In this document: one piece after another, positions 1-11,359 of the stretch | How the letters are laid out: the number at the start of each line of letters is the position of its first letter | Position numbering within the stretch: position 1 is the stretch's first letter | Source: Eledone cirrhosa | Taxonomy: Eukaryota | Assembly (NCBI GenBank): GCA_964016885.1 | Contig: CAXHJY010001116.1 | Span: 1-64,000 of the forward strand | Length of the DNA stretch: 64,000 bases | Direction of reading: 5' to 3' | Position numbers and translations under genes: made by a program | Notes under the pieces: generated by a model | Told to the model about the DNA's origin: nothing | What the model saw: the letters and a program-made list of their open reading frames with translations, nothing else | Databases searched by the model: none

Positions 1-120
1 TATTATATAAATATATTATATAAATATATATATTATATAAATATATTATATAAATATATTATATAAATATATTATATATATATATATTATATAAATATAT
101 TATATATATTATATATATAA

Positions 121-1660
121 TACGTAGATGATATAAACATCGTAGTTAAGACACCTCCACTAGAGAACAGTCAGGAACTAGAGAAAAACACAATGGAAAG
201 CATCCAGCAAATAGCAAACTCCATCCACCAGAGCATTAGAATTACTATAGACTACCCAAGTAAACACCCCAACCATCGATTACCTGTACTAGACACAGAG
301 CTCTGGTTAGATACCATTAACAACAAAAAACAAATCCTCCATTCCCATTATGCCAAACCCATGACTTCCAAACATCTGATCCACCGAAACTCGGCCATTT
401 CGGACCATACCAAAATCAACATACTGATTGCGGATTTGGTACGGGTGATGAGAAATGTGTCCCGCATGTGCACCCCCGAAGAACTAGAGAGACACATACA
501 ACACTTCATCCACCTTATGCAGTTCTCTGGCTACAATCAGAGAGATAAAATCAGAGTGTATAGAGGAGCCAGAACCAAATGGGAAAAAATGGTAAATAAT
601 GACATAAATGGGACCTGCCCCTTGTATAGGAGCAAATTCTGGAATAGACTAGAAAGAACTAGGAACAAGGCTAATAGAATAAACTCATGGTATGATAGCA
701 ATAAATACCAGAGTGTAATGTTCATCGATACAACCCCTAGAGGTGAATTAGCTTATAAATTTAGAAGGGCCCTAAATAAACAAACTCAATATTAAGATAG
801 TAGAAAGACCAGGTACCTCCGTAAAAACACTTATTAGCAAGACATACCCTTTTCAAAGACCCTCATGTATATATAAGAAATGTATAACCTGTAAAATAAG
901 CCCCCATATTAACTGTAAAACTAGAAATGTAGTGTATAGCATAAGATGTACTGAAGGACAATGTAGAGACAAAAATATAGTGTACATAGGTGAGACAGCT
1001 CGTAGTGTAGGGGAACGGATAAATGAACACTGGCGCGACCTTCAAGATAATAAAGAATCATCTGTACTCTACCAACATGCTAAAATAGAACACAAGAGTA
1101 AATTAGAGAACATAGAAATAAAAATAGAATCTACACACAGAAAAGACGCAATGTTTAGACAAATTACAGAGGCAATAAACATAAAAGAATTACAACCAAA
1201 ATTAAATAGAAAATATGAGTGGAACAGCAACATCACAACTTACAATTAAGGACAAAATGAAAACACACACACACATAGAACAAACAACCAACCAGTAACA
1301 TGTAAATAAACAAATAAATAAATGAACATAAACACACACAGACACCCGGATGTGGCGCATGCGCAGACTGAGCACACAACACACACAGCCCCATGGATTT
1401 TATCTGTTATATTCCTTTGTTATATTTCGAATACCTGATGATAACACCGGATTCATACGGAACCCGGTCAATAAACCTTTCAAGGATTTACACCAGTCCA
1501 GCCTCCTGTTATTTTATTATAATAATTAACTCCGTACTCGCACCACCAACTACACAAACGAAGACGGGTGAGCTGCATTACGTTGAGTACTCTCCATAAT
1601 ATTACATCGAGATTGACCATACGGAATGACCAATTCTATCCATTGGTGAACCAACAAACC
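121..1660 (+). mobile_element. 5'-truncated Penelope-like retroelement (RT C-terminal half, Cys-rich linker, GIY-YIG endonuclease, 3' UTR), one frameshift
   Basis: Starts at RT motif YVDD (TAC GTA GAT GAT, 121-132) in frame with ORF 193-795 (LPVLDTELW, HYAKPMTS). A frameshift near 780 continues KLNIKIVERPGTSVK...CIYKKCITC...NCKTRNVVYSIRC..C...YIGETARSVGERINEH...RQITEAINI...PKLN (GIY-YIG) to a stop at 1249. Flanked by (TA)n-rich arrays on both sides. Confidence 0.92.
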
Positions 1661-1687
1661 TAAATATATATATATATATATATATAT

Positions 1688-1881
1688 AACGAAGGAGTTG
1701 TGGTAAGGAACCAGATGGGCCATAACGCACCAGAGTACTCAATACTTAGGGTAGTAGAGTGGCTAATAGAAAAATGTATGACCCCGACAGCAGAGCTCAA
1801 GCCATTTCGACGGCTATTTCTGGACTCAGAAATAGCCGTCGAAACGGCTTGAGCTCTGCCGTCGGGGTCATACATTTTCCT
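1688..1881 (-). mobile_element. Fold-back mini-element family A (putative Penelope pLTR remnant with hammerhead 3' half)
   Basis: Inverted arms around ~1824. Contains GAAACGGCTTGAGCTC(T/A)GCCGTCGGGG. Related copies at 7556, 11103, 24668, 27181, 49851 and 54961. Flanked by TA repeats. Confidence 0.7.
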
Positions 1882-1935
1882 ATATATATATTAATTCCAA
1901 ATATTAACAAAACAAATATTCTTGTGATCAATTAA

Positions 1936-2000
1936 ATTTTATTATACATATTTCAGAGGTACTGAATTAAGTTTAACAGTACGTCCTCATCAGATAAAAT
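1936..2000 (-). ncRNA. Type I hammerhead ribozyme (complete core)
   Basis: Minus strand reads ATTTTAT-CTGATGA-GGAcGTACTG(ttaaacttaatt)CAGTACcTCT-GAAA-TATGTAT-A-ATAAAAT. This gives a 7-bp stem I, a stem II, a near-palindromic stem III and an AUA cleavage triplet. Confidence 0.75.
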
Positions 2001-2464
2001 AAAATGATAATGACATACCCTGACATTGTAGATGGTTCAGATTTAATCAAGGTAGTGATTAATTTATGATAAAACTCAATATTTCTACCCTAATATTTAG
2101 AACATGATATCGAACATTATATATATATTTTCTTTCTTTCGCGGGTTTTGTAAATCCTTTAAATTTTGTCTTCATGAAATTTAAATTTTAGAAATTTAAC
2201 ATAATTATATTATAATATTAATACAAACACCCATCAACTTTTAAAACCTAAGATTTGATTATTTACCCTGAAATAACATAAATTAAATATTTTGAAAATT
2301 AACCGCCAACCCTATATATATATAAATTAGAGCATAAATTACTCCCCTTTGTCTCTCTCTCTCTCTCTCTCTCTATTGATTCTATTACGTTCTCTCATAA
2401 ATTAATCACTACCTTGATGAAATCTTAACCATCTAAAATGTCAGGGTATGTCATGTATCATTTT

Positions 2465-2529
2465 ATTTTATCTGATGAGGACGTACTGTTAAACTTAATT
2501 CAGTACCTCTGAAATATGTACAATAAAAT
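2465..2529 (+). ncRNA. Hammerhead ribozyme copy, probably inactivated (U16.1->C)
   Basis: Same as 1936-2000 but reads GAAATATGTACAATAAAA (ACA instead of AUA). Confidence 0.6.
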
Positions 2530-2679
2530 TTAATTGATCACAAGAATATCTGTTTTGTTAATATTTGGAATTAATATTAATTAACTCTGGAAAATATTTA
2601 CTGTAGAGTGCTTCCTATCTATTGTAAAACTCATTCTTTGATGTACTCATTGAATCTTGTTTAACTCTTAAATATATAT

Positions 2680-2708
2680 ATAGAGAGAGGGGGGAGGGGG
2701 AGAGAGAA

Positions 2709-2739
<31 letters not shown>

Positions 2740-2814
2740 AAGAGAGAGAGATAAAGAGAGAGAGAGTGAGATAAAGAGAGAGAGAGATAAAGAGAGAGAG
2801 AGAGAGTGAGATAA

Positions 2815-2851
<37 letters not shown>

Positions 2852-3199
2852 AAGAGAGAAAGATAGATAGAGAAAGAGAGAAAGAGAGAAAGAGAGAAAG
2901 AGAGATAGATGCGCGCGTGCGTGTGTGTATATATTTACATATAGATATGTATGAATATATATATACTTATATGTATCTACGTATGTATATATATATATAT
3001 GTGTATATATATATATATGTATATATATATATTGAACAGAGAAAGAAAGCTACAGAAATAGTTTACTATTCGTGTAATAGCAACAATGTAACGATATCCA
3101 ATATCATGCTATGATATCACATGCAAATACTTTTTTATCAATATCATAAATCTCTTTCAGACAAAAAAGAAAAAAATATATATAGAGAGAGAGAGAGAG

Positions 3200-3245
<46 letters not shown>
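2680..3245. repeat. (AG)n/(TA)n microsatellite cluster
   Basis: Direct reading. Confidence 0.95.
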
Positions 3246-3249
<4 letters not shown>

Positions 3250-3331
3250 AAGGTTGGCACCATTAACTCACGGTTGGATGTGGATGCATTCATGTATATG
3301 TGTGTGTCCGCATGTATCTGTGTGTTTCTAA

Positions 3332-3373
<42 letters not shown>

Positions 3374-4170
3374 GGTTTGAACTTTCATCTACTTAGTTGA
3401 TTTGTCGGAAAGGAGAACAATATATCAATTATTGAATAATATATACAACAATAAATATACCGATGTTAGTAGAAGTGTTTTCCAAATCCTCCCAGCAAAA
3501 CTAAAAAGCCAACAAATAAACCGTTTCGTTATCCTCAAATATTGTCGTTAATGTTATTATTGGACAGGAAGGATTTTTCCATCATTATGCTGATCCACGT
3601 TTTTATATATATTTTTTATATATATTTTTTTATATATATTTTTTTATATATATTTTTTTATATATATTTTTTATATATATTTTCTAAATTATTTTATTTA
3701 TATCATATATAAGAAAGAAAAAGAAATAATCGAAAAACGCGGACATTTTGTGAAATATGTTCTATTCGATAGACTAAACTTTGGACTTTGTAAGCCTGTA
3801 ATTTCACTTGGAATATGTTAAATGGTAATTGTACATCGATTTAATTACATAGTGTTAAAGAGTATTAAAATGGAAAGAAGCCAAGTAAATTTCCATGCAA
3901 TCAATTCTATAGTCATTTATTTGACAGACTACATCTTGAAGTATGTTCAACAAAATATTACATACTACATTGTAACATAAAAATATAGGTGAAACCAGTT
4001 TATGAAAACTTGACCAGAAAAAAGCTTCATGCTTCATTTGAATAGCGATTCTGTTATATGAACAGTATGTATTTACTTTACAGTTATAATAGAATATAAT
4101 TCTCTTCTTTACCTACTTATTTCTGGGAGGGTGGTGTGGGCAGAGTCCTCAAATACGCCTAAATTACGAA

Positions 4171-4199
<29 letters not shown>

Positions 4200-4216
<17 letters not shown>

Positions 4217-4844
4217 GTGTGTGTGTGTGTGGTGTGTGGTGTGTGTGTGTGTGTGAATCCCTAAAACTCGAGAAGTACCCAATAGATTTTTTTTCAAACT
4301 TTACATGTGTATACTTGTTTCAGGGAGTGTTATGCACATAAAAAAATTCAACTTTTTTATCCCAAAAGACCCGTATTAGGTGAAAAACTGCGTTTGTTTG
4401 GCTTTTTAGGGGTTTTTTGAGGAGTTACGCCAGACCGATTTCCTTGAAATTGTAACTATGTATTAGTCAGTCTCTTCTTCATACCGTGAGCAAAGAAAAT
4501 CCAACTTTTTTATGGCCTAGGGCCCGCATTGGGTGAACAAATTCATACTTTCAGCATTTTAGGGCTTTTTTGAGGCGTTATGTCTAGCCGATTTTCCCGA
4601 AATTTCCAGGCATATTATGCACATAAAAAAAATTCATTTTCTTGATCCCCTAGGGCCTGCATTAGGTGAAAACCTACATTTTTCCTGCTTCATCGAGGAA
4701 AATCTTAAAGATTATCCAGCCATCAGAGTATTCGGTTTATTTCTTTACATATTGTCCAGGCATGCAGTTTTTCCACGATTAGGTCTGTTGGCGGCCCGCG
4801 TTCCAGAATACCTTATCCCGTGCAACGCCGGGTACCACTGCTAG
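4200..4844 (+). mobile_element. Non-autonomous Helitron-like element with internal ~120-bp repeats
   Basis: 3' hairpin CCCGtgcaacgcCGGG (4817-4832) followed by CTAG|T (4841-4845). Internal duplicated blocks (ttatgcacataaaaaaattca; tttagggg..tttttgagg). Confidence 0.7.
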
Positions 4845-5044
4845 TATATATATATAATCCGCTTTATTGGGTAAATGTATGTATGTATGTATGTGTATAT
4901 ATATATATATATATACTTAATACATTAACAGAGAAAGCTTTTAGCGATACTCCGACCAACTTCCATCTCACTCAACAAACATTAGGAAATACCTAAGTAT
5001 ATTCCCAATTATACGTTTGGGGTGCTAACTATATATATATAAAT

Positions 5045-5076
<32 letters not shown>

Positions 5077-5125
5077 AATATATAAATATATATATATATA
5101 ATAAATATATATATAATATAGATAA

Positions 5126-5158
<33 letters not shown>

Positions 5159-5159
5159 A

Positions 5160-5540
5160 ATTGGGGAATTTAGATCGATTTTATGCCAGAGACAACAAGA
5201 AAGCCAACGCAATTTTCCAATATAACTGCTCAACGGAAGCGATGTCACATGGGTGGATAATTCACTTCGGAGCACATCCTAGTGAATCACTCATAGGAAA
5301 GCGACCCCCATGTTTTTGCAAGAGATGTCAACATGAATGGACCTGTTATTTTTATCTAAAGACATGTTTTCTAATTCCAACCCGCCGTCCCCAAAAAAAT
5401 CTATCTTATTTCTCATTCTTTCTTCTGATGGAGGATTAGCGTCCGAAACGTTAAGACCCTCTTCTGCTGTATCAAGCGATAACCTAATATATACCTTCCA
5501 TATACTGTACCGATTGTGTTGTTATTTCTGTTTATCTTTT
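5160..5540 (+). mobile_element. Penelope-like 3' end/pLTR family B with minimal hammerhead
   Basis: TCTT-CTGATGG-A-GGAT(tagc)GTCC-GAAACGTT-AAGA at 5421-5456. The downstream tail is shared with 29952-30030 and 46430-46560. Flanked by TA arrays. Confidence 0.72.
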
Positions 5541-5960
5541 ATATATATATCTGTGTGTATGTGTTAGTATTATTATTATCTTCATTACTTCCCTATTTCA
5601 TGAGAGTTTCTACTGCATCACGTGGTGCACTTCCATGTTCCTGAGGTGTGTGAAGCATTTTGTGTTCTTATTTTGTGGTGACCGGGGCAGTATATACTCC
5701 TGTTAATGTACTGCATTAGACTTGTTTTATTACGGGTTTAGCTTACTGTATCTTGTGTTATTTTAGTGTTTGTTCTGTGGGATGTGAACTGTGTTATTTT
5801 ATTGTTTATTCTGTTGTGCATGGAATGTGGGGTGTGAGTTATGTTATCTAGTAGACCTATATGTAGGTTCTATTGCTTTTGTTTGTTTTTTTGTATTAGG
5901 ATCTTATTCTCTCTCTCGCTCTCTCTCAAATAAAACTAGAAAACTAGAGCAAAGAAAACT

Positions 5961-6094
5961 AGAGCAAAGAAAACTAGAAAAAAAGAGTAACGATAGGATA
6001 TATATTTTGAATAGTCTCTCTCTCTAGAGAGAGAGAGAGAGACTATGCAAAATATATATCCTATCTTTACTCTTTATTTCTAGTTTTCTTTGCT
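5961..6094. repeat. ~130-bp palindrome centred on a (CT)n/(AG)n junction
   Basis: gagcaaagaaaactagaaa...atagtctctctctct | agagagagagactat...tttctagttttctttgctc. Confidence 0.85.
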
Positions 6095-6748
6095 CATCTT
6101 CATCCTTTTCGTCTTCACCAATAATCTGCCAATAGCCCTGGTGGTTCTTTCAAATTCAGACTACTTTCTCCAGTTTCTGACGTGATAGTTTTAAAACTCA
6201 AAACAGAACCTGTTTTGTTATTGCTTTTTGTTTTTGTATAATTATATCTCCAATGTGGATTATATACAAACAATAGACGCTTCCAGACATCGATCTTCGT
6301 TTGGTGTGTTCATAAATGAAAGACATGGTCTTTGCCAGCCCGGATGTGAAGACAGAGAATAAAGTGTATTTTCCGTCTTTATAAGAAATATACACAAGAA
6401 AATAGAGTTATACCTGGAGGTTCAAAACTGTGAACTTAGAATATGAAAAACTATTCCCACTAACATCAGAATTTGGAAGATCCGGCATAGCCAATGGCGG
6501 ATAATTTAAAAAGAGAACGAGAAAAGAAAACAAAATACAAAAGATAATACTTATATATTTAGAAGAAAAAAAAACATTATGAATCTCTCTCTACAGAGTA
6601 TAGAAAGAAAATAGGTTATTAATGTAAGTACTATAACCCACTTTCAAGACAGCTCTTTAAATTTCCAATACAATTTATATTTTTGACGTACTCCTAAAGC
6701 AATGCAAAGGGAAGAAAGATTTAAAAAAAACAACTCACTTGTTCTTCA

Positions 6749-7002
<254 letters not shown>

Positions 7003-7510
7003 AGTGTGTGTGAGAGAGTATGTGAGTGTGCGTGTGTGTATGCCTGTGTGTTTGTGAAAGGATGTATGTCTGTATGGCAAATGACAATCTTACATCATAT
7101 ATTTAACAGAAATAATCCCATCGGACGTCATTTTAAACATTAAAACAACAAACAACAAAATTCCCCCCCATTTTAACTTTTTCGTACGAATAAGTTAAAA
7201 TGAAGGTTATTATAAAACCTGGAACAGTTTTCTTGTACTTTTCCTTCCTGGTTATTGACACAATTCTACGGCTTTTATTGAAAATCAATTACTGGGCAAA
7301 TTTGAGATGTTTCCAAGATATTCTTAGATTCATTTGTTGATTGTTTATTTTCTTCTTTAACCATGGTGTTTGCATTATGACTTATGTATGTACGTTTGGT
7401 ATATAAAGTAACCCTTTCATGTTTTACTAGTTAGCATTGTGTGTAGGTGTGAACTTCCTTTATTTTTTTACAAGTTCAAACTGATAGGCTTGTTGCTGCT
7501 TTAGGGTTGA

Positions 7511-7553
<43 letters not shown>

Positions 7554-7555
7554 CT

Positions 7556-7767
7556 AACGAAGGAAATGTGGTAAGGAACCAGGTGGACCATAACGCACCA
7601 AAGTACTCAATACTTAGGGTAATAGGAACAAGTAAGACCCCCGACGGCTGAGCTCAAGCCGTTTCGACGGCTAATTCTGGCTAATTCAGTCCAGAATTAG
7701 CCGTCGAAACGGCTTGAGCTCAGCCGTCGGGGTCTTACTTGTTCCTATATATATATACTTGTTCCTA
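7556..7767 (-). mobile_element. Fold-back mini-element family A
   Basis: Near-perfect inverted arms around ~7685. Same tail as 1688. TA flanks. Confidence 0.75.
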
Positions 7768-7791
7768 TATATATATATATATATATATATA

Positions 7792-7977
7792 AAGTAAAAG
7801 TCGAGACCCGACGGCTGAGTTCTTGCCGTTTCAACAACAGAACGTTGAAACGGCAAGTGATCAGCCGTCGAGTCCCGACTCTCTAGAAAATAGCCATAAT
7901 CTACTACCCCAAATATCCAGTAATTTTTTGAGTAATTGGCAAACTAGTTTTAAACTGGTTCTATTCTATTCTCTCTC
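7792..7977 (+). mobile_element. Fold-back mini-element, family A relative
   Basis: Inverted arms containing GAAACGGC(aagtgatca / aagaactca)GCCGTC: same stem as family A, different loop. TA flanks. Confidence 0.6.
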
Positions 7978-8029
7978 TATATATATATAAAGGAATTTTG
8001 AAATTAGGCGGGATATTCAGAAAGCCAAA

Positions 8030-8355
8030 CGGGCCGCAATTTGCCCATGATTGTTTCAGAGTTTCCTTCACAGTTTTATCTTCCGAGAGACTTCTGGTGT
8101 CCTTGGCCCTAGGACCACCTCCCTACTCACCACCATCGGCACAGAGTTGGCTACCCACAGCTAGGAGTTTCGCGAGCTGGAAGGGCGTTTCCAGCGTGTA
8201 TGCCTCACCGTCCTCCAGGGAAACGTGTTCTCTATTCTGTTCGCCGGGGACGTGGGGTGGCCAGCGCATGAGCCCTCATTTGCTTATACTGGTGAGAGAT
8301 GGGTAGAGACGGAGGCAGTGACAGTGAGAGGTTGGTTCCATTGTGTTCAGACCTG

Positions 8356-8358
<3 letters not shown>
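8030..8358 (+). mobile_element. Unclassified GC-richer interspersed repeat
   Basis: A diverged reverse-complement copy lies at ~37400-37565. Confidence 0.6.
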
Positions 8359-8393
<35 letters not shown>

Positions 8394-8395
<2 letters not shown>

Positions 8396-8936
8396 ATAAA
8401 CTAGAAATTGATTGACATATATATATTTAAAATAAACACATGAAACAATCACAGGGGATAATTTGTAAAGTGTGTAAGCACACACAGCTAGGTAGGTAAC
8501 TAATTAAAGTTTAACTAGAACTTCAAATATTACCTTTGTAAAATGTCTAGTTGATATAAAATGCTCGGATCTATTCATTGGAATCTATTCATTGGAATCT
8601 TTGAGCTTATTCATTGGAATCTTTGAGCTTATTCTACGGTGGATATGGCGCATGTCTCGGACATGAAGAACAATGAAGATTAATCATTTTTAAAAGGTAA
8701 TATTTAAAGTTCTTGTTAAACTTTAATTAGTTACCTACCTAGCTGTGTGTGCTTACACACTTTACAAATTATCCCCTGTGATTGTTTCAGGTGTTTATTT
8801 TAAATATATATATATGTCAATCAATTTCTAGTTGATATAAAATGCTCGGATCTATTCATTGGAATCTTTGAGCTTATTCTACGGTGGATATGGCGCATGT
8901 CTCGGACATGACCCTTAATTTAATTTAAATTTGGAG
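8394..8936 (+). mobile_element. Element family C with inverted plus partial tandem duplication (Penelope pLTR-like architecture)
   Basis: 8400-8545 is the inverse of 8690-8832. 8547-8665 is directly repeated at 8828-8911. A further copy lies on the minus strand at 61374-61582. TA flanks. Confidence 0.65.
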
Positions 8937-9070
8937 ATATATATATATATATATATATATATAGACGAGCTTTTGATTCCAGAGTTGGGCCAGATCGATA
9001 AAGATCGAACTTTGAGCTGATCCATAACGAAACGCGTGTCACCAATCAATAAACGTAATGAAGGCTTAAA

Positions 9071-9175
9071 TTGTCCTTGTATTATTATTATATATATTGT
9101 CCTGTACTGTCCTTAATGTCTACTTTATGTAAACCCTGGTGGTTAATAAAGAAAGCCTTATTATTATTATTATTA

Positions 9176-9180
<5 letters not shown>
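9071..9180 (+). mobile_element. 3' end of Tx1/L1-like LINE with (TTA)n tail
   Basis: ccctggtggttaataaagaaa matches the 3' end of the Tx1-like element (31391-31415, minus). A closer copy lies at 50345-50430 (minus). Confidence 0.55.
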
Positions 9181-9218
<38 letters not shown>

Positions 9219-9949
9219 ACAACACATTAATAATATACACACTACCTTCTGTAATTGACGTTCTGATTACAGAAATCAATTTTCATTATACTAATATTTA
9301 ATTTTATCATAATATCATATGATTGTATGTGAGACATAGTCTAACTGAATATAACACATCACGTATTATTATATTGATCTGTTATTAAATGAAAAGTAAC
9401 GTAGGTCCAAGTGGGATTGGAATTCAGCGCATTGTCTGTAAGACATTTAGTTCAGTTCTCTACAATTTCTAACCCTCTATCACGTATTACGTCGCGAAGT
9501 GCTAACCAAAGAAAGGACCACTAAATCTGTTAGAAATATCAGCCAATTCTCTTTCAAATCATAACCGTCAAACACGAAGGACACGCAGGATAACATTTTC
9601 AAGAGAATGGTATTTCTGAGAAGAAAAAAAAAGAGCTGGTTGATCCTGGCTAGAGAGCCTTTAATCATAGGAAGTTTGCTCGATCAGGGCTGACCTGATG
9701 TTCAACTACCACAGAAACATGGCCATGGGTTTGGCAGAATCTAGAACTACGTCAGTTTAACAAACTAACAAGCTGATAGTGACTTGGGTGTTAATCTTAT
9801 TGGTGTATAATATAAACCAATTCATCTAAAGTACGCCATGATAATGTGTGATAGGGGAATTATTAATATTTGGCAGCCCAATGACGGCCCGAGATATAAC
9901 GCACAAAAGAATACATATGTTTATATAAACACCTTTGATTACACTGCTT

Positions 9950-10140
9950 AATAAGGGTTTCTGATTAAGACACAAGGTCAACAATTTTGTGTTACTGGTA
10001 CTTTATTTTATCGACCCCATAAGGGCGAAAGTCAAAGCTAATCTCGGCGGGATTTGAACTCAGAACGTAAACGGACGTAACCCTATGCTGCAAAGTATGT
10101 TGTCCGACGCTCTTCTGATACAGCCATTTCATTGCCTAAT
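9950..10140 (-). mobile_element. tRNA-derived SINE family S1 (diverged)
   Basis: B box GAGTTCAAATCCC, ggggtcgataaa central domain. Confidence 0.75.
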
Positions 10141-10371
10141 AATAATTATGTATGTGTGTGTGTTTGTGTAAGTATGTGTGAGTGTGTGTAAGTATGTGTG
10201 AGTGTGTGTAAGTGTGTGTGTGTATATGAACGTATGCATAATAAGTTTAGCTGTACAAAATGTAATACCTGGATAGAGTAATATATATTTTATAATAACA
10301 TTAAGGCCATACCAGGGATTCTGAAGCCGCGGATTTCGTGCTTATATGAATGTATAATATATATATATATG

Positions 10372-10478
10372 AGAGGGGGGCGAGTCTGCGGTGTTTGAGA
10401 CTGAGCAGACTACTAATCATGTGAGTACTTAATGCAGGATGAGCTGCAGAGTAGGTCTAGAGGTCGGTAAAACCATAT
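10372..10478 (+). mobile_element. Unclassified short interspersed repeat (gctgagactgagg..accactaatcat..gagtactcaatgca)
   Basis: Homologous copies at ~23465-23830 (split by a SINE), ~30105-30200 (-), ~49700-49812 (-) and ~58290-58385 (+). Confidence 0.6.
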
Positions 10479-10509
10479 TTTAGTTAGCTAGCTAGCTATC
10501 TATATATAT

Positions 10510-10542
<33 letters not shown>

Positions 10543-11102
10543 TGTTATTCGAAGGCTATGACAATGCAAAATGGACGGTAGATTTGGGAATAAATTCAAA
10601 GCAACGAAAATGTTGGTGTGTCACCTGTTATTTTATTTACCGGTCCTAATATTTCGGGTCTAAGATCACATTTTGCATTGCCGTGGCCTTCGAATAATAT
10701 ACTACACTAACGCAATGCCTTAAGCAAACTACAACACAAGTTTAGGCTAATCTATATAAGCTGTTATCTTTCAAATACATAATACACCCGCTACATATTT
10801 ATACATACATTCTTTAAATACACACATTCCATTAGCTGCCTGGGGTTATTAATCACTAATCCTAGACAGAAGTATTAAGGTACAGATAAATAGATAGAAT
10901 AAATGCTAGATAGAACAAGTTCTTCAGCCGCAATCCATCAACAATATTTATGATTTTTTTTTATCGCTATAATGAATGAATAAGGTATCTATGACGCACT
11001 TTATTTTGATTTATTTTAAAATTATCTTCTCATTCACTGTCTGAATAAAACAAACAATACACGAAACCGAATTTTCGGCTTTTAAACGATGAAAATATAT
11101 AT

Positions 11103-11311
11103 GGGAACGAGTAGGACCCCGACGGCTGAGCTCAAGCCGTTTCGACGGCTAATTCTGGACTAAATGAAAATTTTTATCCTGGTAAATGAATAGCCGAGCT
11201 TCTCAGGGGGTAATTCCATTCCATATATGGTAAAAGTGATTGTCACAAGGATTGGTCAAAAGTTATGTGTGCGTTATGGTCCATCTGGTTCCTTACCACA
11301 TTTCCTTCGTT
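11103..11311 (-). mobile_element. Family A copy retaining the 5' half of the hammerhead
   Basis: Minus strand reads CCCC-CTGAGA-agctCGGCTAttc...(~35 nt)...gaatTAGCCGtc-GAAACGGCT(tgagctc)AGCCGT-C-GGGG. Confidence 0.65.
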
Positions 11312-11359
11312 ATATATATATATAAATATAAAGGATGATAGACTCAAACGCAGAAATAC

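Larger units (their letters stand above)
1890..2672. mobile_element. Element with ~180-bp inverted arms (1890-2068 / 2395-2577), each carrying a hammerhead motif; putative inverted Penelope pLTR
   Basis: Arms are near reverse complements of each other. The right arm continues into a unique tail ending at TA repeats. Confidence 0.7.

Noticed and set aside
8965-9070. Hammerhead candidate with GAAACGCGT
   Set aside because: No CTGANGA upstream (only CTGATCC) and no stem II; may be a decayed pLTR but unsupported.
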